DNA of 64,000 nucleotides from Lingula anatina (lineage: Eukaryota; Animalia; Brachiopoda), in assembly GCA_051362555.1 (NCBI GenBank), contig CM120643.1, forward strand, positions 12,622,644-12,686,643, read 5' to 3'. Position 1 is the first letter of the stretch. Each line of letters begins with the position of its first letter. The translations under genes were made by a program, and so were the position numbers. The notes below the pieces were generated by a model. It was not told where the DNA came from. It worked only from the letters and a program-made list of their open reading frames with translations, and ran no database searches. Of the stretch, positions 28,099-64,000 are shown in pieces.

Positions 28099-28913
28099 TA
28101 TATACCTATATTTATCTTTTCCTATCTATCTATAGATCGTTCGATCGATCAATCGATCAATTGATTTGCTGATTGACTGAATGTGAAACAGGCCCCATGC
28201 CCTTCCCTTCTGGCCACCAGTAGTTTCACATGCTACACACACTGGACAATAGAAGTGTCACCCCCTGAATCTGAGTAATCAAAGTTATAATGCCTGGTTT
28301 ACTTATAATGTGACTAATGAGTATAAAACCGCTTCACCATGGAATTGTATTGTTGGTCTTTTTTGTGAAATTTGATGTTAATAAAATGATACCAGGAGCA
28401 TATCATTCCACAGTCATTTATCTCCCCCAAAGTATTGGTTCAGTAGGGGTAACACTTCTATTGTCCAGTGTGTGTACAGCTATTGGGGGCCTCCATAGAT
28501 AAAAAAAAAGTGAAAAGAAAAAACTACATGACTCATCACACGACCCAACGATGCCCCATGCTGCAAGACATAAGATGACGCAATATATATATATATATAT
28601 ATATATACTGGTTGAACTAGCTAGAGGTGTCACCTCGAGCATGTAATCGATTTAAGAAAAATGAAAAACGAGTACGAATTCTGGACTAGCAGGTTGCAGA
28701 AACCGCCTTTTGGTTAACTAGCGACCTTCATCAGTTCCAGTTCAAAAAATGAAAATATAGGTGGGATGGAGGGGAGGTGATGTTTCACGTATATAACTTG
28801 ACGCTAACTTGGTAGAAATAGTTTTTTTTTCTTCTCCACAAAAAATGTAAGAGTTCTCACAAGCACATAAGCGTCGAAGTTTAAGGGTACTGTAAGGGTT
28901 TATGATCATCCAG

Positions 28914-29216
28914 ATACCAGAAATGAGGTTTTTCCTGCATGTAATTATTCAGTGATGCATCTAAAATATCGGGATTTATGTTTCCCGTTGCTAAGCATAA
29001 GCATAGGCATCTCAAAGCGTTTAAATCGTTAAATTAACACCTTTCTGTTTGGAGTAGAGATAGCACTCGGTATGGGGCGTAACTCCATCCCCGAACTAGA
29101 TCTCATCACGAAAATTGACAAGTGTATGGGCTTCAGTTGTTTTTGTCATGGAGTTATGACCCCCTTATTGTAATGTACCGTTGAACAAAAGCTTTATTTT
29201 GCCTTTTTTACGATCT
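28914..29216 (+). repeat. Dispersed repeat family B, copy 2
   Basis: Same blocks, order and orientation as 20505-20850, with indels. Confidence 0.7.
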
Positions 29217-30312
29217 AAACTGAACTAAGACTTAAAAACAGGTACTCAGTGGTGTCATTAAATAGTCGTCAAAACGATAATCGTGGGTGCTCTGGTAAAG
29301 GAGAAATTTAAGCAACCGATTTTGCATTTTTACCCCAACAGCGTAATTTTGACGTAAATGGCCCTTAAACCGCCATGATGATCACACCATCAACGAACAA
29401 AACATGCCCTTGAAAAGCCCTTGACATGATTCATTCATTTTGTATTCCTGTTGATAAGTAATTATTCCCTAGATCACTGAGATCTATCAGTTCACGCAGG
29501 TTTTTATCCATTTCAACAGATCATATTTACAGGAAAAAATGAAAATAGAAAAATAAAAACCATTAAACGCCGTGATTTGGCAATTTACAGTTATACTGGC
29601 ACTTTTGGCACATTGTACAGTCTGTCTGGTTATCGCTGTCGGTTAAATGCACAGTATCAAATTGCGCATAGACAAGTGAAAAGGTGTCTCCTTCCAATTT
29701 ACGAATTGTAAGTTATAATTTTACCCCGTGTAAGGTTGCAGGTAACAGCAAGAGCTGTTTTTTCCCCCCTCTTTTTGAACCGACTTTTGTCACTCCTAAA
29801 TTGTGGTAAAGAGTCAGTACAATGCAAGTTATCGAGATGCTTGCCACTGGTAAGATCTAGGCGACAAAGATTAAGAAAGTGGGGGTATTTTGGGCAGACA
29901 CAGTAGTCCGAGAAGTCGAAAACGTTCGAGAATACCGCCCCTGGTCACGTTCCCGTCACCCGAGTGTTTCTGCTTCGCCGGAGCACGTACCAACGCAACA
30001 CATTTTGTTATATTATACTAACATATTGCTTTTCTTCCTTATTCTTATAATATTTTTCTTTTTAATATGTTTCAATTTTACTTAATATTTATTTTGATTT
30101 AATTAATTTATTTATCTTTCCATTCATTAACAAAAATATTTTATTCTAACCTCTCAAAGGGGTATGTGTAATTTAAGTGTATACACTTAACATGTTATAG
30201 CGTCTTTAAATAAAGTTTATTATTATTACACAATAGATAAAAAAAATGCTGGCATTCTGTTGTACATGTACATTCATGGAATCACTTGTTCAAGTTGAAA
30301 CTTGGGCGTTCC

Positions 30313-30315
<3 letters not shown>

Positions 30316-30396
<81 letters not shown>
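30316..30396. repeat. (TA)n microsatellite, about 40 units
   Basis: Read directly. Confidence 0.95.
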
Positions 30397-30399
<3 letters not shown>

Positions 30400-30572
30400 T
30401 AAAGGTATAATACCTGCCTTTGAATCTGTTCTAACTCGCATTTTCTATTTCTTCATATCCAGAAAAGCTACGCATCTGTCTCAATTCAGACCTTTAAAAA
30501 CGATAAAATCCCTCAAATGTCAGAACATATGACGCTATTTCCTTCAAGGCAATATTGCATCGTTGTCTAACA

Positions 30573-30785
30573 CCCCATTTCCATAGATTAGATCGACCTA
30601 CTTTAGATCGACCTAACTCCCTGGGGGTTCACGCTAAATAGCTGTCAGCCGGGAGGACACGAAAGTTAATTACCCCCTTAGAGCTTGTAGTAGGCGGGAC
30701 GGACATTTAAGTCGGATTATCTAAAAGTAATCTAGTGAGACTCCCCGCGGGGATAGATCGATCTAAAATCTATGGGAATAGAGCC
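30573..30785. mobile_element. Tourist-like MITE related to family A
   Basis: Inverted arms CCCCATTTCCATAGATTAGATCGACCTA..AACTCCCTGGGGGTTCACGCTAAAT and ATCTAGTGAGACTCCCCGCGGGGATAGATCGATCTAAAATCTATGGGAATAGAGCC|TAA. Confidence 0.65.
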
Positions 30786-31540
30786 TAAGTGACAGGCCAC
30801 TCATTTATTTAATAACTAAATCACCTAATTGGAAATGGTATAAAACATCGATCCTCAAGTGCAAGAATAAGCTGAGAGTTTTCAAGGAAAATTCAATTTG
30901 GTGGGGAAAATACGGGATAGGATATCTTTATGTCCTCCATTATAAAACAAGGCACACCACGACTCCGATTGCATCAGTTGCGATTTTCGCAATATCTGTC
31001 AGACCAATCGCTGTACTGCGACAGAGAAAAAAAAATTTTGAAATAAAACTAGTGTGTGATGTTCATAAGTAATGCCTAATCAAAATCAGGTAGAACAATG
31101 TGCTCAAAAACGATTCAACAATTTATTATACAAGTGCAAAGCAAGAGCTTTTCTTGATATCAATCTTCATGTTATCTTTCCAAAATACTCTAGCGTTTAT
31201 TGTGCGGTGATAACATTTTCTCTACTGTTGACCGAGATCGAAAACGTTCCTTATCTAAAACTGCTAAACTTTTGGCTTACAAAGCAATAATGACAACCCA
31301 GTTATCCAACCAAAATGCATCTATTTCATCAACACTTGAAGCAACAGCAAAAATCCTGGGAAAACGGCTATTAATCTGTGCACATGCTATCAAGTCTCAC
31401 ACATAAGAGTTGTATCCGCAGACTGTCATTTCAGTAGTTTCAAAAATTCCCTCTGTTTTTTTGTCCTTGTGTAATATCAACCCACATAAATGTTTGCTGT
31501 ACAGTTAATTAGTGGTACTGTCCTAGACAACACACAGTTA

Positions 31541-33697
31541 TTAATGATGGTGATCGTGATCTAAATAAAACCGCAGTCCGCAATAGTTGCAGGAGTGGTT
31601 ACCGGGCTGATCCTGAAATAAGAAAATTATATAAAATTGGTTCTTCATGTTATATTAGTATATAAACATAAAAATCATGTAAGGACAAGAAACACAAGAA
31701 AAAAGCACATGGGTAATGCCATTCACACTTTACTCATAAAACTATGACAAAACTTTTATACTGTACAAACATACAAGTGCAATGTATATAAGACAATGTA
31801 ATAGTTTGATACGCGTCATATGACCCTTATACAATTAATTAATACATGAAAAGGAAATAAAAGCCTGAATAGTGCTTGTTGAAAATTATTAAAATATGTC
31901 CATGCGGGGCTATCAAAAATGGGAAAATTCAAATTAAAGCACAGTTTTTACACTCTCTTTCATCTCTTGCAGAAATATCATTTTTTCACATCTTTACCTC
32001 AAAATAATCTGTAGTGTTTGTTAGGACTTCTAGTGCAAGTTGGATTCTAGGTACTAGTCATGCTCTGCAAGGATACCACCATATTCTTACCAAGTTAATG
32101 TAAACTTTTGGATGTCCTAGGGGCCCTCCTCCTCCATCGCACGATACAACTCTATCCTTGCAGGCTTGGGGTGGGATTTCATCAATCAGATTAATTGCCC
32201 ACTGCTTGTTAACCTGGTCAGAAAGTAAACATGAATGAAATAAAAGACAAGCCTATCCTAGTTGTTTGTAAGGAAGTTCTTTCTTGGCTTGGATGGATTG
32301 GGTATAAGGACAAGATATTTTTTACACATTAACCTATAACAAAAACATGGATATTATAAACAAATTATTTGCCTGTAAAATAGTATTGCGTGGCATAGAT
32401 TGTTGCACTGCTACTGTTTGCTGGTTTTAACACTTTGCTGACGACTTTGCTAGGCTTGTTATAAAATTTGTTTTCATGATGAATGTCTTCTAAACTGGTG
32501 TTAAATTAAGCTGAAATGAGCCACAAAAACGAAATTAATGATTCAGAGGATAAGTTATTACATTAACAACTATTATGTGTATTATCAGAGATTGAAAGAT
32601 TTAGATTTTTTAAAATAAAAAGAAAAGAAAAATAAAGAACATCTTACTCAATAAATGCACCACTAACCTGTTTGTCTGCTACGAGATATCTTGACATCCT
32701 ATAGTCATCTGCTTCCCATTTCTGGCAAGAAAATAAAAATAAAAAATGTGTACCTCATATAGTAAAAAATGTGCCGTCAGAAGATTTATTCCCTATATTG
32801 TATATTTTACATAATCATTGGCTAGAAATAAACATTTATTCATCTTCTGGAACTGGTAAATTCCACCATTTCTTAATTTTTTTTTTTCAGACTTAAAGAA
32901 AAACACTGGATGGAGCAAATCAGCCAGTGTTCAAATATAACCAGTCAAGTGAAGCCAGGAGGAGGAGGGGGGGGGGGGGGGCACTTCTGGAGAAGAAGGA
33001 TAAACTGACAACCAAGAAATGACCGATAGGCAACCTTTAAGATACCCATATTTTCATCGTCAGTTGTGCACACTGGTTGTGGGTGCACAAAAAAATGGCC
33101 TTCATGTGTCAACGATCCCTTGCGACCTGTTAGTAATCTTATGTGACCACTTTAAAACCTATGGCAACCTCATTGCGACTGAGGTTGCGACAGGTTGTCA
33201 AATTTTGCGCACACAGTCAAGTCGTGCAGGTTTTTTTCCCCCGCCTACTAGTATAAAATGGTCCTTGGCGTGTTACTGACTGTCTCAATGTCTCACTGTA
33301 CAGTATGAGGTAGAAAACATAATTGTGCCGAATGACTGTCAGGTTTGAAGTCCAGAAGTCTGTTGGCTTAACCTAAAGGTTACTTTTTTCTGACGGAGGT
33401 TAGTCAATTATGCCTAACATTGCTGGTAGTAAACTGTCAACCATTTTATAGAATAACACACTGGTAAGTCTTACAATGTACAAGTTGCTTTTCGTCTTAC
33501 GACGAGAACAAACAAAATATTACCTGTCCTGTGTGTGTCACGACATCTTCTGGTTTCTTCAAATATTCTTCGACAACTGCTGGGTTAGTTGATGGTTTAG
33601 GATCAATTCTAGGTAAATTTGCTATAGCTGCTGGATTTGCTTTTGAACTTTTTCTAAATAAACCCCGAAAGATGATCTTCGTGTGCCGTAACGCCAT
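31541..33697 (-). CDS. NDUFS6: NADH dehydrogenase [ubiquinone] iron-sulfur protein 6, mitochondrial (complex I 13 kDa-A, zf-CHCC)
   Basis: Exons 33697-33524, 32721-32668, 32213-32091, 31612-31541, all phase 0, 140 aa. Hallmark motifs [45 protein letters not shown] and CNYCGLRF. Basic N-terminal presequence. Confidence 0.97.
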
Positions 33698-33821
33698 CTT
33701 TGTAACCAGTTACACATGCGCAATATCTAATACTTCCGGTCAAACTGTTTCAGTTTGGCTTGTTAATAAATTAAGGTAATTCTTAGAGAGACAGCCACTG
33801 TCCAGTTTATTGTGCAACCAC
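33698..33821. promoter_or_regulatory. Bidirectional promoter between NDUFS6 and MRPL36
   Basis: About 125 bp lies between the NDUFS6 ATG and the plus-strand donor ATG|GTAAGT at 33822-33830. It holds an ETS/GABP-type ACTTCCGGT (33732-33740) and a partial NRF1-like CATGCGCA (33715-33722). A YY1-type AAGATGGCG overlaps the NDUFS6 start codon (minus, 33692-33700). Confidence 0.7.
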
Positions 33822-34603
33822 ATGGTAAGTCAAAGCAGCAAAACCATATGAATAGAAACATTTTCCGAATTATCTATTGTATTATTTGCTAGCACATGTT
33901 GCTGGCTTGTTCCCTTTTTGGCTGGTCACAAATGATCACGGTGTGAGTTTTGTCTCAAATTTACCTGCTACATTTTCTGTTAGTTATATAGATGGACAAT
34001 GGGTAATTTGTACTGAAAACGAAAATAGGGGTGCTCGAGGCTGATAATTAGGGCTACAATTTTTTTAAAAATGCGACAGGAGGCAATGAGTAGGGCAGGT
34101 CACGCCACTCACACGGCCCAAAAAAAGAATTAAAAATCTAACTTTTGACGCCTTACAGTTCAAAAATGAAAAATAGTATTGATTGCTATTGACACTTGGC
34201 AAAAGTTGCCATGGAAATAATGGATAAATCCCAGAAAATTATATCTTGGCAGATTCCTCTTGGCATATAGCTATAGCCATAGTGTAACTGACCAGAAAAT
34301 TTCAAATTGCATACAACAGTTTTTCAAAATTTTGTGGCGCACTTGCATTCTTGTAAATTTAATAACTTCTGATTGGCTTGCATGATTTTCAACACATGAA
34401 ATGTTTTGTAAAGCTCATGAATTGTTCTGTCAGATAATATTAATTTGAATGATATCAGTGTTACTTCCAAAGTTGACCTGGGCTCCCTAAAATGAGCTCA
34501 TTCAGTATTTTTTCATGACACTTGACAGTTTGTTTATATACTATAAGGAAGTTAATTTTTCATTTAATTTTTCCACTCATTTGATTTCAGCTGCAGATGA
34601 AAA

Positions 34604-35212
34604 ATGCTTGTTCCTCGATTTTTTAACTCTAGAAAGGTTACATCAGCACTTGGTACAGCACTGAGATATGCTTCATCAGTCCCAAGGTTCAACCCACAGC
34701 AATTCAGCGCAGGACAAGTGGGACTCCGTCCAGCATCTCAGTCTGCAAGGCATGACAGTGGTTTCTTCAAGTTCTTTCCTGGGCCTTTGACTTTGGCAGG
34801 GCAGACAAGGACTTTTTTCACAAATTTTCATGCTAAACATTATGTTTTGTCTCAGTCCGTGTTAAATGCTGAACAAACCTTCACTCCAAACCCTGTGCTT
34901 CAGAGAACTATCTCCAGAAATTTTACTGGATTATTAAATACTAGTATAACCAGTGGTCAAGGCACAAAAGTGACACGAGCTTTTACGCCAAGATCAACAG
35001 TGTCATCAAATCTCCTAGCTGTTCACTCTGGGAGGTTGACCCAGGCGGCAAATTACAAGGTGAAGGTCTCTTTAAAACGGAGATGCAAAGATTGTTACTT
35101 CGTGAGGCGCCACGGGAGGCTGCAAGTGGACTGCCGTACATTCACCAGACATAGACAAATGCAGAAAATGGCCAAATATAAGCTGATGTGGCACACAAGA
35201 GTCCCAAAATGA
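34604..35212 (+). CDS. MRPL36: Mitochondrial ribosomal protein bL36m with long N-terminal presequence
   Basis: 202-aa single coding exon preceded by acceptor ttgatttcag (34590). The C-terminus YKVKVSLKRRCKDCYFVRRHGRLQVDCRTFTRHRQMQ is the bL36 C-C-C-H zinc ribbon. The N-terminal ~150 aa are Arg/Ser/Thr-rich and almost free of acidic residues. AATAAA at 35831. Confidence 0.93.
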   Translation: MLVPRFFNSRKVTSALGTALRYASSVPRFNPQQFSAGQVGLRPASQSARHDSGFFKFFPGPLTLAGQTRTFFTNFHAKHYVLSQSVLNAEQTFTPNPVLQRTISRNFTGLLNTSITSGQGTKVTRAFTPRSTVSSNLLAVHSGRLTQAANYKVKVSLKRRCKDCYFVRRHGRLQVDCRTFTRHRQMQKMAKYKLMWHTRVPK

Positions 35213-36308
35213 TAGAAGTCACACAGTAATTAAAAAAAAATTAATTTCAATATGTGGAATCTGGGAATTTTAGGCATTTGATTGAAATCACAGGAGTCAT
35301 TATAAACTGAAAAATTGTCTAATTTCCTATCAAGCTCGACACTGGACTCATGTAGGTAGAGGTTACTTGGCATATGTCAAAGAAGAATACTGCTAGTTCT
35401 GATAATAAATTGACACCCATTGGTCTTTGTAGAAAAACAGCATTTTACATGCAAATGCATTCTGTTACTTTCTTACCAAGATCTCTACACTTGCAATGGA
35501 CTGGGGTGAAAATTGCATGCAAAAAATGCCTTGGTGTAATTGTAAGAATAAAAAAGGGTATTTTGCATGGAATTACAAGATGATAATCTTCCAAGACGGT
35601 TCTTGTTGAAACATAGCCTCTACACATGGCAAAATCGATTGTTTTCTGCTTTTTGTGTAATGACGGTAAAAAAAGTAAATTGCTTTTTGACACCAATATA
35701 TTTTTTACCTATGCCTCAAAAGTAGAAAAACCTGTTTAGTCTCTTTATAAATTATGCACTTTTATACCGACTTCCAAATTGACACAAATTTTGCAGGGTG
35801 ACTGGCTGTCAAAACATTCATATGATTGTAAATAAATAAAGAATTTCAGTGTAAAATGTTTCTTTATTCATTTGACAAAATAAATATGGTACAAAACAGT
35901 TGTTTTTTGGGGCATCACATCAAAGTATCACCCATAAATAACTATTTCTGCAGCTTCCTAACACTGTATCTTAGTCCACAATGAAAGGCGTGTATGACAT
36001 TAAATTACTCTTATCTACATCAACAACCCTGACATTCAGACTGCTAAACTAACATAGAAACTTTGGTAGGCCTGGCTGTAAAGCTTAAATCGGGATTGTC
36101 AGTAATTTTTTAGTGCATTACCATTTATTGGGTAAAAAAAAAACCTGTACTGTACAGCTTTCAAATACTTCAATATGTACTACATACTCCTCGGCTGAGT
36201 TAGTGAAGAGCCTGTACCATACAGATAACCTGTACAACAGTGACTCTAGACTTGGTGACTAACAAAACAGTGCGCCAATATGACATTTACATGCTTTACA
36301 AATTCATC

Positions 36309-36359
36309 AGGGATGCTAGTGGGGTCCGGAAAGAAAACCTGAACTTTTTTTTGGCAAAG

Positions 36360-36427
<68 letters not shown>

Positions 36428-37190
36428 GCGTACAAATTGATTATGAAACAATTACTATATTTCAAATTTTATTTAATAAATATATTGCAATATATGTCAT
36501 CACAACTTCATGGTAATTTTCAACAGTTGTTTCCAAGGATAATCTTGACATTGACAAGATGGAAGTGCCATCAGTACATAAACACCTACCACCCATAGTA
36601 GACAGTAATGATCCCTCACGTAAGCAACAACTACGTGCTTTGGCATGCTTAGTTGTTTTAGCATGGTTTTTCAGAGCTTTTTTACCACTGCTTCCGTACC
36701 GGATCACGTCGTTGCACCATACACACCAAGCTTCTCCGGGGGACTTTCGCTTCCGAACATAGGTAGAAAAAAAATCGTCATTATTGTCCTTTTCCTCCAG
36801 CCAACTCCAACTAAATCTATTTTTGACAGTAATGTCGATGTTTCTAATATCGTCTGTTCCCCTCTCCGCGAAATCCATTTAGTTTGGTTTAGTTCAAAAT
36901 TCCGCGCACGCGGTGTCAAAACTTTCCACATGGGTGCCGACATTAAAGCCTACATTTCCAACCAATCAAGCGCCATAAATAAATCACGTGCTACGGTTGT
37001 GACTAGATATTGTGTTGAAACGCAGCTCTGTCGTAATGGTTGAAATGCGACGTTCCTCTGACGCATCGTTCGTCCAGTCCGCGACCACGTTAAAAACGAG
37101 AATTCCGGAACAAAATATAGTACCAGAAAATTTTATAACTGGACGCAAAAAACCGGAATTCCGGTAAAAACCGGAAGACTAGCATCCCTG
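36309..37190 (-). mobile_element. Internally deleted hAT-like DNA transposon, 882 bp
   Basis: Perfect 13-bp TIRs CAGGGATGCTAGT (36309-36321) and ACTAGCATCCCTG (37178-37190). Flanking direct repeat ATTCAT (36303-36308 and 37191-37196). Subterminal CCGGAA repeats, a 64-G run (36363-36426) and a truncated zinc-finger ORF inside. Confidence 0.88.
36462..36878 (-). pseudogene. Truncated transposase N-terminus (C2H2/BED-like zinc finger)
   Basis: NRFSWSWLEEKD..RKRKSPGEAWCVWCNDVIRYGSSGKKALKNHAKTTKH gives a CxxC...HxxxxxH finger typical of hAT-type transposase N-termini. No DDE domain follows, and the ORF lies between the TIRs. Confidence 0.75.
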
Positions 37191-38862
37191 ATTCATTACA
37201 TGATGAGTATGTATATATTTGCTTTCTCAAAAATTTATTGGTTAAGTACAGATAAAACATAAAAATACATATCTACGTAACAAAAATGGTTGTTAATACC
37301 AAAGAAAAATGTTATTCAACTTAAAATTAATGAAAGCACAACCTCAAATATCCCCAAGTTACATTTAGAAATAAAGCTTAATAGTGACTAGAAGATGAAC
37401 AAATTCAAAATGATGATTCATGTACTCAACATAAATTCACAGTTTTATGCTTAAAAATAAATTAACCTACAGTCTTCCACATTACGACAAATAATACAGG
37501 ATCCACGGGATCATTCGAATTGATTCGTTCACTGGAATAACCAAAACAATGGACGGAAACACCTTGATAAAATGCACATAACAAACAATGCTTCTAGTAT
37601 GGGGGAAATAAAAACATTTTGAACTACCCCTTACTCTTCTGGGTATGTACTTATCTTCACATTAATAAATTTTAAAATAATAAACAAAAACACTAACATC
37701 ACACAAGAAGAAGAAGAAAAAAAAACAATGATAGGTTGAAATAAAGATGGAATAATATATCTGAATTTGATGTAAAAGTAAGGCAATGGCTAAATCTTTT
37801 CAATGAGAAAAATGTGATTTTTTTTTTACAGATGATGTATTTTGTTTAAATCAAAATTCCTAAAATTAGAACATTTCTATTGAGAGGTAGCATCAGAATT
37901 GAAAACCAGGCTACCTTATCGTTCTATTCTACACAGAAAAAGCACCACAAGTGCAATAAAGAAATATATTTCCATTCCAAAATAATGCACCTGGAAGATG
38001 GACATTTCTCCCCATTTAAAAGATCCGAGTCATAACCATAAATAATGAGGGTGATCACAAACTTGAATGTGGTCAAGGGGCACCATCACGAAGTGCTGGA
38101 CAACACAAGGAAGCCTATTCACAGTGGTCAACACCAGCCTGAATACCTGTGTTATACTTACATCCTGGAATGACGGGGGAATTAGTGCTCTATTTACAAA
38201 TGACATCTTGTAAAATTTCTATAATTACAAATATTGCTTAATTAACAACATTCCAAATGAGTTCTCTTTACCAAAATGCATCACTCTTCCAAGATCCTGC
38301 TGGTTGTATTCTTTCATAAATACTAATTTGCCTCCACCAGCACAAAAATGAAATATGAAATTCTTTTTGCCTTGATGAACATTCCTACACAATACTAGTG
38401 ATATGTACACATGAATACTTCAGTATCATTGCAGATCAGAGCAGCCCAGTATAGAATGAATAGAAAAGAAAGTCTGTAAATCTAACGTCCATGAAATACC
38501 TCAATGAGAATTGACAGAACATGTCTTGAGCAAACTTCCAATGACAATGACAAATTTTGTGAAAAAATGCTGTATAAATGGAGGAATCGATATTTCACCT
38601 TCCACTGGCTGGCTGAAATAACGCGAGAATTTATGAATGACGTTCTGCACATAAAAGGCTTTCATATGCGATGAAAACAAAATCAATATTGAGTGCAGTT
38701 TTGAGCCTCAAATTTGGAACCCAAGATAGTCCCATGTGGTCTCACAAGTCCTTCCTTCAAGTCAACCTCATCAAATGTGTTCCCATTCAAGCTAGTAGAC
38801 AGTATACGACTGACAACCTTCAAACTATGGCTAAATATTAGTCTGCTTTTGACAATAGTGTC

Positions 38863-38893
<31 letters not shown>

Positions 38894-39338
38894 CTGCTAT
38901 ATTATTGCATGTAACACAGTGTTTTCTGCAGTCAGTGTGGCTGTGCTAAGTGCCCTATGGTGACTGATTGGAGATAGATGGCGCTGTTGCTACCTAGAAT
39001 AACACTGATGATCTTGAGTATCAGCTGAATTCCAAGAGCTCTGAGATCTTGAGAAACTCTGTCCAGATATTACAAAAAACTGAGCAGTCTCCTGAGACCC
39101 AGATCCCTCTGTCTCTGAACAAAGATCCCTGAGATGGTGAGTATTGTGAAATGGTGGCACATGTGCAGCAAAGTTGCGACTCCTGCTCACTGCTTGACCT
39201 GCATATATGACAGGAAATGTGAAGCCTTGATCTTAAGAACATTTGCAACTTCAACATGGCTTTGGAACAGGGGCGTGTTCTTCTGTGATGCACTTCCCTT
39301 CCTTTGGCCGTTGTCTTCTGCGTGTTCTAGAAGTTCTG

Positions 39339-63513
<24,175 letters not shown>

Positions 63514-64000
63514 CTGGAGACAACCAGAAGATAGATTACAAATAATAACTGTTTATTATGTTATTATTTTTCCTCATCGTGCATTAGCTTGCGTAATTCA
63601 ACCAAGATCCTTGAATACAAGTCCTCCAACATCCTGTGGAATGCATGAGAGGTAATCAACATCAGCTGTCATTAGCCATCCATGAATAGGGACATCAACA
63701 TTTACCAACTACCCAACATTTACAACAGGATCCTGACTGCTATACCACCTAGCGGTCATTAAGTAACACCATCTACTCATGTCAGTCTGATGAAGACTTA
63801 TGACCAAGTTGGCTGCAAGCTAACGGGGAGGAAATTTTTTTCCAGTTTGCATCAAATAGTTGTGATTTTTATTCAAATACCAAGCTAATGAACATTTCTG
63901 CTCATTCAGAAGAAAGACTGTTTGAAAAGAATTAAGACAAAAATTTAGATTGGTCCGAACTTTTTTAGACCAAACTTGAACTTTTGACCAATCTACACAG

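Noticed and set aside
30302-30532. ORFs with (IY)n, (ER)n, (SL)n, (CV)n or poly-G runs (also 36240-36440, 49233-49672, 58256-58605, 61662-61883)
   Set aside because: Translations of microsatellites or homopolymers.
36462-36878. Intact host zinc-finger gene
   Set aside because: It lies within TIRs and a TSD and degenerates after the finger, so it is best read as a transposase fragment.

Overview
AT-rich, intron-rich animal DNA from an invertebrate, probably a lophotrochozoan such as a mollusc (taxon inferred, not proven). I reconstructed five spliced genes by reading GT-AG junctions and checking frame. (1) A minus-strand 5-exon gene of about 734 aa with a FAM217-like core and a Cys-rich module (2438-12721). 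(2) A minus-strand GPI-anchored Ly6/uPAR three-finger (quiver/sleepless-like) gene (24228-25039, first exon uncertain). (3) NDUFS6 (minus, 31541-33697), head-to-head with (4) MRPL36 (plus, CDS 34604-35212), the same arrangement as on human 5p15.33. (5) The 3' 36 exons (about 1664 aa) of a very long PMFBP1-like coiled-coil gene (minus, 39339 to beyond the window end). Mobile DNA includes a hAT-like deletion derivative with a 6-bp TSD, a Tc1 transposase relic with a fold-back, a TA-flanked 1.9-kb intronic element, several Harbinger/Tourist-type MITEs and many micro/minisatellites. The most unusual signal is in the coiled-coil gene. Its rod-region exons are almost all phase 0 and measure 21n nt (whole heptads) or 21n+12 nt (heptads plus a 4-residue stutter), and at least five of its exon-intron junctions are locally duplicated, two of them giving in-frame alternative donors. 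No prokaryotic system, CRISPR array, rRNA or convincing tRNA was seen. Homology calls rest on recalled motifs, not database searches.
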